Shown piece by piece: positions 19,484 to 29,269 of a stretch of 64,000 bases of DNA. Source of the DNA: Escherichia virus TH40; the sequence record MT446411.1; one strand, written 5' to 3'. The notes below the pieces were generated by a model. That model was not told the DNA's origin, made no database searches, and saw only the letters and a list, made by a program, of their open reading frames with translations. Position numbers and translations under genes: made by a program. Every line of letters starts with the position of its first letter. The first letter of the stretch is position 1.

Positions 19484-19719
19484 TCTTTCACCTTCATCAT
19501 TTTAGCAATAACACTATGGACAGCCTGGATTCGTTTGTCGAACTCAGACCCTTCAAGGCCCTTTTCAGTACTCAGGGCACCAATCATCACAAACAGCAAT
19601 CCAAATGGGATAACCAGGATTAAAAGGCACACAATAAACAGGGCAAATGTAATATTGGCCAGGATATCAGAAACAGCATTACGAAATTTATTCATATTTA
19701 CCCTTAATTGATTAACCAA
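19480..19719 (-). CDS. Hypothetical membrane protein (79 aa)
   Basis: ORF track; long hydrophobic stretch. Confidence 0.4.
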   Translation of the reverse strand: MVNQLRVNMNKFRNAVSDILANITFALFIVCLLILVIPFGLLFVMIGALSTEKGLEGSEFDKRIQAVHSVIAKMMKVKE

Positions 19720-19809
19720 GCATTGATAAGCACTAAACTATATTGTGAATAAAATTCTGGACCAAAATGAAAAATCATATCATTTATAGTATCCATAATA
19801 TAATTAAAT

Positions 19810-20280
19810 TTAATCATGTTTCCACACCCCATCGGTATTTGACCAAAGTCGCTGATTATCTGACCCTCGCCACAGTTTTTTGGTCGGAAGATTTTTATCA
19901 TACTTCCCATCAATAATAACATCAACATATTTAAGCATTTCTAGTTGTTTAATATCTTCAAACTTATATCCTGTCCACATCCAAATACTTTTATTTGGAT
20001 AAAGATTTTTAACAGTTTGAACCACAGAGTGAATAACCTCTCGGTTATCGGGATAGAGAGGGTCTCCTCCAGTTATAGTTAATCCTTCTATATAATCATT
20101 ATTCAAACATTCAATTAATTGTTCTAGTGTTTCACCAGTGAATGGAACTCCATTTCTAGCATTCCATGTTGATTTATTATAACACCCTTCGCATTTATGC
20201 AAACAACCTGTGACGAAAAGAACGACCCTGCATCCAGGGCCATTAATAAAATCACAAGGATAAATTCTATCATAATTCAT
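19810..20280 (-). CDS. nrdG: Anaerobic ribonucleotide reductase activating enzyme (radical SAM)
   Basis: 156 aa; CxxxCxxC cluster motif (CLHKCEGC); directly downstream of nrdD. Confidence 0.9.
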   Translation of the reverse strand: MNYDRIYPCDFINGPGCRVVLFVTGCLHKCEGCYNKSTWNARNGVPFTGETLEQLIECLNNDYIEGLTITGGDPLYPDNREVIHSVVQTVKNLYPNKSIWMWTGYKFEDIKQLEMLKYVDVIIDGKYDKNLPTKKLWRGSDNQRLWSNTDGVWKHD

Positions 20281-22094
20281 TGGTGTTTAACCCTATGCAT
20301 GATTTCTTTATTTTTGCCGAGATTAAATCCGCGTTCGTTCGGATTTCCCAAATAACCGCAAGTTCTTCTTATTGTGTTCATCTTTTTAGGGTCAGTTTCT
20401 CCACAAATAGAACAAACAAATCCGTTTTCAGTAGGAGTCATTTCATGGGTACTTCCACACGTAAAACATTTATCTACTGGCATGTTAACACCAAAATAAT
20501 CTAAATGTTGCGCAGCATAATCCCATACAGCCTCAAGACCTTTTAAGTTATTTTTCATATCAGGAAGTTCAACATAAGAAATGTGACCACCTGTCGCAAT
20601 GAAATGATATGGAGCTTCGCGGGAAATCTTTTCAAACGGGGTGATATTTTCTTCTACTGAAACATGGAAACTATTAGTGTACCAGCCTTTATCAGTAACA
20701 TCCTTTACACTTCCATATTTTTCAGTATCAAGTTTACAGAAGCGATAACAAAGGTTTTCAGCAGGTGTAGAATACAAACTAAAAGCAAAACCGGTTCTTT
20801 CAGTCCACTGCTTAAGACGAGCATTCATTTTAGTTAAAATTTCTTGCCCAATATCACGACCGGCAAGAATATTCAATTCGTGAATACCAATGTATCCCAA
20901 AGACACTGAACTTCTACCGTTTTTAAATAACTCAATTATATCATCATCAGGTTTAAGACGAACCCCGAATGCACCTTCTTGGTAAAGAATAGGAGCAACA
21001 GTCGCTTTAACTCCTTTTAAAGAACTAATTCTACACATCAAAGCTTCAAAACACAAATCCATTCGCTCATTGAACAATTCGATAAATTTCTGTTCATTGA
21101 ACTGTGTTCCAATATAAGAATCTAACGCAATGCGAGGAAGATTCAGTGTTACAACGCCAAGATTATTACGTCCATCAAGAATTTCATTGCCAGTCGAATC
21201 TTTCCATACGCTCAAGAAACTACGACATCCCATTGGAGAAACAGGAATAGATGAGCCGGTGATAGCTTTATTGTTCTTAGCTGAAATAATATCAGGATAC
21301 ATTCTTTTGCTTGCACACTCTAGAGCAAGCTGCTTAATATCATAGTTCGGGTCGTCTTTATAAAGATTAACACCTTCTTCAACGAACATAACAAGTTTAG
21401 GGAAAATAGGAGTTATCCCATCGCGACCAAGACCTTTGATACGATTTTTCAGAATTGCTTTCTGAATCATTCGTTCAGTCCAGTCAGTTCCCGTGCCAAA
21501 CGTAATTGTCACAAAAGGCGTTTGCCCATTTGAACTAAAGAGCGTATTTACTTCATATTCATAAGCTTGGAATGCATCGTATACGTCTTTTTCTGTTTTA
21601 GATTGGGCATAATTCAATGCATCAGTGATTTGCCATTTTTCTGCATCTTCAATATGTTTTGCGTATGTACGTTTAACATAAGGAGAAAATACTTTGTCTA
21701 CATTAGCAAAAGTCGTTCCACCATATTGGTGAGAAGCAACCTGTGCAGTAATTTGTGCCATAATTGCAGTAGCAACACCAATTGATTTAGGAGTTTCAAT
21801 CTGCGCATTACCGAGCTTAAACCCGTTCTCAAGCATTCCTTTTAAATCTACTAAACAGCAATTAGTAAATGGAAGAGCAGGGGAATAATCAATATCATGG
21901 AAATGAATAATTCCACTTTCATGTGCTTTCATAATAAAAGACGCGACCATATTTTTGGCAATGTGTTTAGATACAATACCAGCCATAAGGTCCCGTTGAG
22001 TTGGAAAAACACGAGAATCTTTATTAGCATTCTCGTTTAAAAGGTCTTTATTAGTTTTATGAATCAATCCTTCAATTTCGTTTTCAATTGTCAT
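20277..22094 (-). CDS. nrdD: Anaerobic ribonucleoside-triphosphate reductase (class III)
   Basis: 605 aa; C-terminal glycyl-radical motif RTCGY and Cys-rich zinc site; uninterrupted reading frame. Confidence 0.95.
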   Translation of the reverse strand: MTIENEIEGLIHKTNKDLLNENANKDSRVFPTQRDLMAGIVSKHIAKNMVASFIMKAHESGIIHFHDIDYSPALPFTNCCLVDLKGMLENGFKLGNAQIETPKSIGVATAIMAQITAQVASHQYGGTTFANVDKVFSPYVKRTYAKHIEDAEKWQITDALNYAQSKTEKDVYDAFQAYEYEVNTLFSSNGQTPFVTITFGTGTDWTERMIQKAILKNRIKGLGRDGITPIFPKLVMFVEEGVNLYKDDPNYDIKQLALECASKRMYPDIISAKNNKAITGSSIPVSPMGCRSFLSVWKDSTGNEILDGRNNLGVVTLNLPRIALDSYIGTQFNEQKFIELFNERMDLCFEALMCRISSLKGVKATVAPILYQEGAFGVRLKPDDDIIELFKNGRSSVSLGYIGIHELNILAGRDIGQEILTKMNARLKQWTERTGFAFSLYSTPAENLCYRFCKLDTEKYGSVKDVTDKGWYTNSFHVSVEENITPFEKISREAPYHFIATGGHISYVELPDMKNNLKGLEAVWDYAAQHLDYFGVNMPVDKCFTCGSTHEMTPTENGFVCSICGETDPKKMNTIRRTCGYLGNPNERGFNLGKNKEIMHRVKHQ

Positions 22095-22564
22095 TTTAAA
22101 CTCTTTCTAAGCTGCTTCTTAAATGAAGCCATTAATTGTGTTTTTGTGTCAGATTCATTATAAGTCATACCGTTCAAAAGCATTTCCCGAATCATTTCTT
22201 CTTTCCCCAGACGGCCAAACTCTTTGGCTTTGTCTGTTACAAAATTGGGGTGAATATTGTTTTCGGTATAATCAGATTTCAGATAGACAAGCAAACTCTC
22301 CAACCATTCCAGGTAGTCAACATCACGACCTTTCAGACCCGAACGGCTGAACTTATGCTTCATTTGCCCTTCTGTTCCATTGCACAGATTGCATAGTAAC
22401 CCGCGAACCTTACCAGCTTTTGGCCCGTTCAATTCGTGGTCATGGTCAAGATGGTTGGCCTGAACATCAGAGTCCAAATCACGGTGGCAAATTGGACACT
22501 TACCAGCTTGTGCATCATAAAGTTTTTGTTTTTCTTCTTTGTATAATTTGCCAGTCAACAACAT
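22091..22564 (-). CDS. 49: Endonuclease VII (Holliday junction resolvase, gp49-like)
   Basis: 157 aa; CPICHRDL and HLDHDHE H-N-H/zinc motifs typical of T4 endo VII. Confidence 0.88.
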   Translation of the reverse strand: MLLTGKLYKEEKQKLYDAQAGKCPICHRDLDSDVQANHLDHDHELNGPKAGKVRGLLCNLCNGTEGQMKHKFSRSGLKGRDVDYLEWLESLLVYLKSDYTENNIHPNFVTDKAKEFGRLGKEEMIREMLLNGMTYNESDTKTQLMASFKKQLRKSLK

Positions 22565-22599
22565 AATAAACCCTTACCATTATTAGATAAGGGTATTTA

Positions 22600-22785
22600 T
22601 TATTTTTCAAATGTGCTATAGAACGAACGATGCAACCGTTTAAATTGACGAATCATCTTTTTGGTAGGACGAGTATACAATCCCACACAGGTGGCCATAA
22701 ACTGGTCAGTAGGGCTTCCTTTGATAAGGAGTTTCCAGACCTTGTCACCGTTTAACTTTTCGGTATAGACTAATGCAGTTTTCAT
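22600..22785 (-). CDS. Hypothetical basic protein (61 aa)
   Basis: ORF track. Confidence 0.35.
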   Translation of the reverse strand: MKTALVYTEKLNGDKVWKLLIKGSPTDQFMATCVGLYTRPTKKMIRQFKRLHRSFYSTFEK

Positions 22786-23057
22786 TAAACAATCCTAAAA
22801 CAAGGATAATGACATTCAACGTTACCATTATCAATTATCATATACTCAGTGATACAGGTCCATGACCCTTCAATTTCTATGGTATCAAAAAGGTATTCAT
22901 CTGTTTCAACAACGTCCCAAACATTACATTCAACATCAGGGTCAAAACGTTGTCTTAATGCCTGGATAACATCGCCATTTTTAAATCCTGCGTCTTGAAG
23001 CTCTTTCATAAATCCTGATTGAGCAGCCGCATGAATATTAACAATTTCTAAAAACAT
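22785..23057 (-). CDS. Hypothetical protein (90 aa)
   Basis: ORF track. Confidence 0.4.
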   Translation of the reverse strand: MFLEIVNIHAAAQSGFMKELQDAGFKNGDVIQALRQRFDPDVECNVWDVVETDEYLFDTIEIEGSWTCITEYMIIDNGNVECHYPCFRIV

Positions 23058-23248
23058 TAAAAGGCCTCATCAGAAAAGCGGAGTTGAGCTTCAAGCCAAT
23101 GAATATAGTCAGCTGCAGCAAAAATTAAAGCAGATTCTTCATCGGGTAACTTACGAGAATCTGACAATTCGTAAAGTGAATGTTCAATCAAACGGCCTTT
23201 GTGGCGGCCAACTTCAATTTTGGTACTCATATCCAAACTCCATATCAA
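23057..23248 (-). CDS. Hypothetical protein (63 aa)
   Basis: ORF track. Confidence 0.35.
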   Translation of the reverse strand: MIWSLDMSTKIEVGRHKGRLIEHSLYELSDSRKLPDEESALIFAAADYIHWLEAQLRFSDEAF

Positions 23249-23347
23249 TTAACTCATTGTTTGAAGGTTCATTATACTCTATTTCGGAATCGTTGTAAAC
23301 AGGTTCCTCTGGCTCGACGGTTTCCCATCGAGCGGTATACCATGGTT

Positions 23348-23668
23348 TTATAGCGTAATCCATTCTCTGATAGTTTGGGTTACGACACGTTCTTGGGGCT
23401 TAACCAGTTCAACAGTCGGGACCATATGGTCCCAGTCGGTATGATAAGAACCGGTACGAGTTTCGTTTACAGCCACATGCACATTATGTTTTTTGCTGAA
23501 ATAAATTGCCTGGCGATATTGGTATTTGCCGGTTTGTGTCCATTCGCCTAATTCAACCGGAACCAGGTAGTCCGAAAATTCAAACTCGTATGATTCAGTA
23601 AACGCATCATGGTCTTCAATGATTTCGCTTAAAACAGCATCAACATCTAATTCATTTTCAATAGTCAT
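23348..23668 (-). CDS. Hypothetical protein (106 aa)
   Basis: ORF track. Confidence 0.4.
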   Translation of the reverse strand: MTIENELDVDAVLSEIIEDHDAFTESYEFEFSDYLVPVELGEWTQTGKYQYRQAIYFSKKHNVHVAVNETRTGSYHTDWDHMVPTVELVKPQERVVTQTIREWITL

Positions 23669-23973
23669 TGGTCACTCCAATAGCTTGATACTTCAAAATC
23701 AGGCTCGCCGTCGTCCCAGTACCAAGGACCAACCGGATGCCAATCGCCATGCTTATCTTCTTCATATTCTTCAGATTCAAGCCCAACGTATTGCCATTGG
23801 ACTTCATAAGCAGTGCCACCAATTACGACAGTGTTTTCACCATACGGGTTAGCCACAGCAAAGTCAATGCCTTCTTCTTTCGCCAGGGCTACCATGTATT
23901 CATAGAGTTTATATTCCAGGTCGTCTTCGTTACCATCGCCCAGATAAATTGTTTGTCCACTTAATTCACTCAT
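23665..23973 (-). CDS. Hypothetical acidic protein (102 aa)
   Basis: ORF track. Confidence 0.4.
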   Translation of the reverse strand: MSELSGQTIYLGDGNEDDLEYKLYEYMVALAKEEGIDFAVANPYGENTVVIGGTAYEVQWQYVGLESEEYEEDKHGDWHPVGPWYWDDGEPDFEVSSYWSDQ

Positions 23974-24159
23974 AATTCCACCATAAATTCGTCAATCATT
24001 TAAAGTTCCAGAATGAAGCACCGACCAGAAATAAAGGCCAACAAATCATTGACGTCAGCCACCAACAAAAATCACCTGCACCGAAATCATCTAATTTAGC
24101 TAGGGTCTTAGCATAGCCAATACCAATGATAATATACAAAACACCCAACATTAATTCAA

Positions 24160-24423
24160 TCATTTGAAATATTCTCGCAGTTGGTCGAAGCCACCAATAT
24201 GACTTCCGTCAGGAGCAAACACTTGTGGCATAGTCAAACCAATTTGAGATTCGCGACCAAGTGCAGCCAGGAGTTGGGTAATCTTCTCATCATCAAACAC
24301 ACCTTTTTCTGGCATAACGTTGATGAATTCGTAAGGTTGTTTTTTAACATCCAAAAAACGTTTTGCATTATCACAGAAAACACAGCGATGGATAGATGAA
24401 TCGTAACCATATACTTTAAACAT
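24160..24423 (-). CDS. nrdC: Phage glutaredoxin/thioredoxin (NrdC-like)
   Basis: 87 aa; active-site CVFC near N-terminus; size and position match T4 nrdC. Confidence 0.8.
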   Translation of the reverse strand: MFKVYGYDSSIHRCVFCDNAKRFLDVKKQPYEFINVMPEKGVFDDEKITQLLAALGRESQIGLTMPQVFAPDGSHIGGFDQLREYFK

Positions 24424-24424
24424 A

Positions 24425-24682
24425 TTATTCCTTAATTCCTAATACTTGTTTGAAGGTCTCAGTATAATCGGGGTATTGACCGGTTTGTTCTTTATGTTTG
24501 ACCATAATACCATAAACTTCTGAACGCATATTATTATATGAACGAGTTAAAGCAGATTTCAATACTGAATAACTATCCGGAAGTTTACCGTGTTCTTTAT
24601 AATAGGCCAGAGTTAATTCACGGACCACTCTTTCAGCGGTCTCAACATATTCTTTACGCTTTGCCATTTTCTTCTCGCTCAA
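24425..24682 (-). CDS. Hypothetical protein (85 aa)
   Basis: ORF track. Confidence 0.4.
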   Translation of the reverse strand: MSEKKMAKRKEYVETAERVVRELTLAYYKEHGKLPDSYSVLKSALTRSYNNMRSEVYGIMVKHKEQTGQYPDYTETFKQVLGIKE

Positions 24683-24878
24683 ATCGGTGTTTACAATGTC
24701 TGCATTTATATTGAAGCGGAGAGCTACGCCAATAAGTCAATTGGACCTGTTCAGTTCCGCATTCAGGGCAGTTCGGAACGTTTTTAGAAGCTTGTTCACG
24801 TCGTTCGACAATTTTAATAATCGCATTCCAATCAGGAATCCCGTATTCTGCGATATCTTCTCTTAAACGTTGTTTCAT
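24654..24878 (-). CDS. Small zinc-ribbon protein (CPEC ... CRHC)
   Basis: 74 aa; two CxxC pairs. Confidence 0.4.
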   Translation of the reverse strand: MKQRLREDIAEYGIPDWNAIIKIVERREQASKNVPNCPECGTEQVQLTYWRSSPLQYKCRHCKHRFEREENGKA

Positions 24879-25867
24879 TTCAGCAGCTCCAGAGCCTGTT
24901 CCAGTTTATCCAGACGATTGGTTGATTCTTCCCAAAGTCGCTTGGCTTTTGTATAGTCTTCCGTTGCCTTTTTATTAACAGCAAGAGCTTCATTATACGC
25001 TGTTTCCAGGGCAACAATTTCAGGCGCTTTTTGTTTCACTGGTTCATTATTCAGATTATCAATCAGGTCTTCAAGGGTGGTAACTTCTTGCGGTGTATTC
25101 ATAATTTCCTCATTTTTCTTTTTATAGATTTCTGCAATAGTTGGTTGTTTTGCGCATTTAACTTCGCGTAATGTCACCGCAATTTTCCAACCTTTCCAAC
25201 CATGAGCACTGGTGATAGGGTCTACTTTAATTTTTTCAACAGTGCGCATATAATTAAGGGCACACTGCACCTGATGAGTAAGCGTACAGGCAGCATCAAG
25301 ATACTTTTTAACATTTTCTGGAGTAGCCACCGGCGTAAAGAATTCATACTTAACTGTAATAATTACCTGGTTTTCACCAGACTCTTTAACATTTATCATG
25401 TTCTCAGCTAAATGGGAGATAGTGCGAAAATCACCGCCCATCAATTTTGTCGCTGATTTTATGATAGACATTTTGTTATCTCTGAATTCACGAGACCAGC
25501 AATTTGCGAATTCAGAAACAGCATAGCCTTGCTTATCAAGGTAGTATTTTTCAACATCACCAAACCAATGATATCCAATTGTACCTTTACCGCGTCTGGA
25601 TTCAACACCAAACTTATTAAGAAGGTCCTTATTAACCAGGTATGCCAGGACTCGGGAACCTTTAAAAGTTTTCTTGATATCATCTTTACCTGCACGATTC
25701 GCAATAGCCGCAATGTCTTTCTTGAAGCGGCCAGATGCAACAATCGTCGAGTCAATCTGATTTAACCAGAAATTGATAATTGAAATGATAGCCGATTCAC
25801 CTGTTAATGGTTTTACTTTTGTATCGATAGTGGTGTTAAAAGCCTGGATATATTCGTTACGCGTCAT
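24875..25867 (-). CDS. Hypothetical protein (330 aa) with C-terminal coiled coil
   Basis: ORF track; heptad-like C-terminus (..[13 protein letters not shown]). Confidence 0.5.
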   Translation of the reverse strand: MTRNEYIQAFNTTIDTKVKPLTGESAIISIINFWLNQIDSTIVASGRFKKDIAAIANRAGKDDIKKTFKGSRVLAYLVNKDLLNKFGVESRRGKGTIGYHWFGDVEKYYLDKQGYAVSEFANCWSREFRDNKMSIIKSATKLMGGDFRTISHLAENMINVKESGENQVIITVKYEFFTPVATPENVKKYLDAACTLTHQVQCALNYMRTVEKIKVDPITSAHGWKGWKIAVTLREVKCAKQPTIAEIYKKKNEEIMNTPQEVTTLEDLIDNLNNEPVKQKAPEIVALETAYNEALAVNKKATEDYTKAKRLWEESTNRLDKLEQALELLK

Positions 25868-25925
25868 AGTGTTCTCCTCATAAAGTAGGAATTCATTATA
25901 CTCCCTCCATCCTTGGAAGTAAACA

Positions 25926-26882
25926 TTATTTTAATGCTTTGATTGCAGCTTGCAATTTATTGCGTTGTTTTTCCATGTTCTTGATGCGATTCAGGACGTC
26001 CTGAATACCCTTTTTCTCATCTTCAATCAGACCATTTAAGCGGTTGACTGATTCCTGGATAGCATCAGCATGATGGCTCTCAATAGGTTTCATTGATGGG
26101 TTAAAGATTCCAAGAGAGCTGGATGGCTGGACATTCCATTTGTACATATTTTTAACGTCATGCGGTGAAATTTTAGTCTGGTCATAAGATTTAAACTGGC
26201 CTGCAAATGCTGGGCCATATGAGGCAGATGATGCAGTAGGGTTTTCCATTTCTGGTTCCTTTTTCTCTTCTGGTTCATTTTTCTCTTGATAAGGAGCATA
26301 AGACAAAAGATATTCTTTAGTTAATTTAATATCAATAGCTATAGTTTTGAAGAATTTTTCAGTCTGATGAATATAATTGGTATCTTCATCAAATGTATAT
26401 CCTTCAACGGCGTGCCGCATATAAAACAGTGCAATACCCATAACCTCTTTAAAGTTATGACAAAGAGCAACATCGCCCTTGGTAGTTGGTTTGAACTTAA
26501 TCTGTACACCATCATTCTTAATATTGATAATCAAGTTGTCAGAGTTAAAATTATAGTTCTTGATGTTAACCGGAGCTTTGCGAATACGAAATCCGCCGGC
26601 CAGAATTTCCTTGATACTCTTACGAACCGTGGCACCAAACAAAAACGCTGGGCGGCGGCAGTAATCATTCAGAGAGTTAATTCTTACAATACGTTGACCA
26701 TACCCCTGGGTAGCAGAACCTGATTTGATTTTGCCAAAGTTAACCAAAGAATTCATTGCGATAAGACGAGTCACACGACCGTCATGTGGTTCATAACTAC
26801 TAGCATATTCTTTACGTGTTTTAATTTTCATATCATAGTCCAAATAATTTTTCATAGAATTTAGCAATTGGCCAAAACACAA
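25926..26882 (-). CDS. Hypothetical protein (318 aa) with C-terminal coiled coil
   Basis: ORF track; C-terminus ..NRIKNMEKQRNKLQAAIKALK. Confidence 0.5.
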   Translation of the reverse strand: MCFGQLLNSMKNYLDYDMKIKTRKEYASSYEPHDGRVTRLIAMNSLVNFGKIKSGSATQGYGQRIVRINSLNDYCRRPAFLFGATVRKSIKEILAGGFRIRKAPVNIKNYNFNSDNLIINIKNDGVQIKFKPTTKGDVALCHNFKEVMGIALFYMRHAVEGYTFDEDTNYIHQTEKFFKTIAIDIKLTKEYLLSYAPYQEKNEPEEKKEPEMENPTASSASYGPAFAGQFKSYDQTKISPHDVKNMYKWNVQPSSSLGIFNPSMKPIESHHADAIQESVNRLNGLIEDEKKGIQDVLNRIKNMEKQRNKLQAAIKALK

Positions 26883-27048
26883 TCATAATTGCCAAAGCAA
26901 ACCAAAGCAGAGGCCATACTAGTGTAATGAATACTGCATCATAGCTTGATTCAATTTCGATTGGATTCCAATCACCCGATTTATGAATGATAATGGTCGT
27001 CATGAATCCTAGCACAAAGTAAAGGAGAATAAAACCTACAATTTCCAT
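26833..27048 (-). CDS. Hypothetical small membrane protein (71 aa)
   Basis: ORF track; two hydrophobic segments. Confidence 0.35.
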   Translation of the reverse strand: MEIVGFILLYFVLGFMTTIIIHKSGDWNPIEIESSYDAVFITLVWPLLWFALAIMIVFWPIAKFYEKLFGL

Positions 27049-27132
27049 ATTAACCTACAATATTTGAGAATATAAGCCACAGAATACCTGTGGCAACGAA
27101 TACATAACCAAGAACGGCGAGCCATTCCATAA

Positions 27133-27981
27133 TTAATCCTTAAGCAATTTAATAACGTTCATCAGTTTATGACGTTCAGCTTTTGCTGCACTGTTCAGTC
27201 CTGACAGGCGGAAAATTTCATCATCTTGTTGCTGGATGGTGATGTTAAGTTCTTCAATCTGTTTAGTGAAAAGCTCAATTTGCTCTGAATATTTTTCATT
27301 GCTTCGCACTGGAACAGGTTCCATTTTAGGAGCTTGTTCTGAAGGACTCTCAACTACAACTCGGTCTTTAATTTGGCATAATTTAATACGCTGGACGCCT
27401 CCAGTTTTAACATCATAGAAGGTAAGAACCCCATGATGTTCGAGTTCAGACAAAGCCAAACGGAGGTGGAATTTCCAGTTTTCGTATTGACATCCGCTAA
27501 AAGAAGAAATACTGTATTCGCCTTCATTTTGACCTTTAATAACATTAAATAGTTTGTAATCTAAAGAATTATTGGTTTTAAAGGTCATTTGTTTATCTTG
27601 ACCGCTTGCCAGACGAGCACCAAGAGCTAATAAACGTCGTTGGTTAGTATGAAGGTCTTTGACCACTTCATCAAATGTCATGGTGCTAATCGCACGACCA
27701 TAAAGGTCATAACCTTTATTATAATTTTTAAGTAAAATTTTGGCATTAGCACGAGACAACATACCCGAACGTTGAAGAGATTTCATGACTCGGTCTTCTA
27801 ATGTAAGCAAGCCCGTTGTTTTATTAAAGATTTTAGTGAATTCAGCAGAATTAGTACAAACATTGAACTTATTCCACATCATATATAAAACATTTAAAAC
27901 CACATCTTTAGTGCTCGGAATACTGTTAAATTTAACAACTTTTTTAACTTCAGAACGAATTTCATTAATTGCTTGTGACAT
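27133..27981 (-). CDS. Hypothetical protein (282 aa) with C-terminal coiled coil
   Basis: ORF track. Confidence 0.5.
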   Translation of the reverse strand: MSQAINEIRSEVKKVVKFNSIPSTKDVVLNVLYMMWNKFNVCTNSAEFTKIFNKTTGLLTLEDRVMKSLQRSGMLSRANAKILLKNYNKGYDLYGRAISTMTFDEVVKDLHTNQRRLLALGARLASGQDKQMTFKTNNSLDYKLFNVIKGQNEGEYSISSFSGCQYENWKFHLRLALSELEHHGVLTFYDVKTGGVQRIKLCQIKDRVVVESPSEQAPKMEPVPVRSNEKYSEQIELFTKQIEELNITIQQQDDEIFRLSGLNSAAKAERHKLMNVIKLLKD

Positions 27982-28043
27982 ATTATTTTCCTCAATAGAT
28001 TATCAAAGGTCAGAACCATTATACCATCCTTGGTATAAAGCGT

Positions 28044-28568
28044 TTATGCGAGAACCGTCTTTAAACGCTCTTCAAACTTCTGAAGGAGTACCTGGCGCTC
28101 TACTCTTTGTTTGGTATAGGTTTCAATACGCTCTGAAGTGAGATTGTATTGTTCATTAACTGATTCCCGCATGAATTCAGGAATCTCTTTACATGCTTTG
28201 ATTTCATTAAACTTATCAAGCACTGCTTGTTGTTCAGCAATCAGACCATCATAATATTGGATATCTGATTTGATGTTTTGTACATCAGATTCAGTAGGCA
28301 TATTTTTCTTTGCTCTTGCCGCCTGGTACTCAGCATTAGTCTCTCTTGACCAGAACAAAGAGCGGTTTTTGTTGGTGTTTTTATACACATCAACAATACC
28401 AACTGAATCAACATTCACAATCCAGTTCCAGGCGTTTTTATAAGTTTGACCACCTGATACTGTAATCTCACCCGCACAAGCAACATCATTAAAGAACTTG
28501 CTTTGTGCTTCTGATTTAAAATTACCATTATTGTAATTAATCAGATTAAAGATTGATTTAGCTTCCAT
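28044..28568 (-). CDS. Hypothetical protein (174 aa)
   Basis: ORF track; preceded by type-B promoter-leader. Confidence 0.5.
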   Translation of the reverse strand: MEAKSIFNLINYNNGNFKSEAQSKFFNDVACAGEITVSGGQTYKNAWNWIVNVDSVGIVDVYKNTNKNRSLFWSRETNAEYQAARAKKNMPTESDVQNIKSDIQYYDGLIAEQQAVLDKFNEIKACKEIPEFMRESVNEQYNLTSERIETYTKQRVERQVLLQKFEERLKTVLA

Positions 28569-28574
28569 TTTATT

Positions 28575-28634
28575 CTCCAGTATTTGGTAACTCAGTATGG
28601 GAACATTATACGTCTATCCCCATACCATGTACAC
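28575..28634 (-). promoter_or_regulatory. Type-B early promoter-leader cassette
   Basis: Forward tatttggtaactcagtatgggaacattata...tgtacac read directly; near-identical copies at 29160, 48663, 49172, 49683. Confidence 0.45.
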
Positions 28635-28636
28635 AT

Positions 28637-28939
28637 TTAATTAAAAGTTCTTTCAGTATTTTCACCACTGAACCAGGCGCTCTTAACGGCTTGCTGTGCG
28701 CGTTGTAGCTGTTCTGCCATGTAAACACTAAGGGCTTCTGCTTTTCTTGTTCTGTGAGCTTCTGCGGCGACTATTTGCAACTTATCCATCATGATAAGAG
28801 CTTTACATTTCTCCTTCAGAGCATATCGCTTCTTCTCTTCTGGGGTTTTGACCATCCCTCTTAACTTGTGCATTTTCAACTTAAAATGGTCAGCAGATTT
28901 CAGACATGCCTCAATCATGTCAAGTTCATACTTTTTCAT
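28637..28939 (-). CDS. Hypothetical protein (100 aa)
   Basis: ORF track. Confidence 0.4.
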   Translation of the reverse strand: MKKYELDMIEACLKSADHFKLKMHKLRGMVKTPEEKKRYALKEKCKALIMMDKLQIVAAEAHRTRKAEALSVYMAEQLQRAQQAVKSAWFSGENTERTFN

Positions 28940-28945
28940 AATTCC

Positions 28946-29152
28946 TCACTTGCGACGACGTTTTGGTAATGGTTTAGGGAAGAACATTGCTTTACCTGCA
29001 GGGGTCAAAGTCACATGCAAAGCATTACCAATACCAAGGGATGCTTTAACCAGACCTTTAGCTTTTAACTCACCAAATGCTTGACGTTGTTCAGGGTCAC
29101 GAGTGTTAACCATCAGACCTTTTTCACCAGCAGCTTTGATTAATTCTAACAT
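28946..29152 (-). CDS. Hypothetical basic protein (68 aa)
   Basis: ORF track; preceded by type-B promoter-leader. Confidence 0.45.
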   Translation of the reverse strand: MLELIKAAGEKGLMVNTRDPEQRQAFGELKAKGLVKASLGIGNALHVTLTPAGKAMFFPKPLPKRRRK

Positions 29153-29159
29153 TTTATTC

Positions 29160-29223
29160 TCCGTTTGTTTATTTGGTAACTCAGTATGGAATCATTATGC
29201 ATCATGACCATCTGGTTGTACAC
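29160..29223 (-). promoter_or_regulatory. Type-B early promoter-leader cassette
   Basis: Forward tttatttggtaactcagtatggaatcattatgc...ttgtacac read directly. Confidence 0.45.
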
Positions 29224-29269
29224 ATATACTAAATAAAAATACTTAATAAAACCATAAAGGAGAAAGTTT

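Noticed and set aside
19704-19928. 74-aa minus-strand ORF
   Set aside because: It overlaps the N-terminal region of nrdG by about 120 nt in another frame; nrdG is strongly supported.
20277-22094. Group I intron in nrdD, as found in T4
   Set aside because: The nrdD reading frame is continuous for 605 codons with the glycyl-radical motif in frame, so no intron is indicated.
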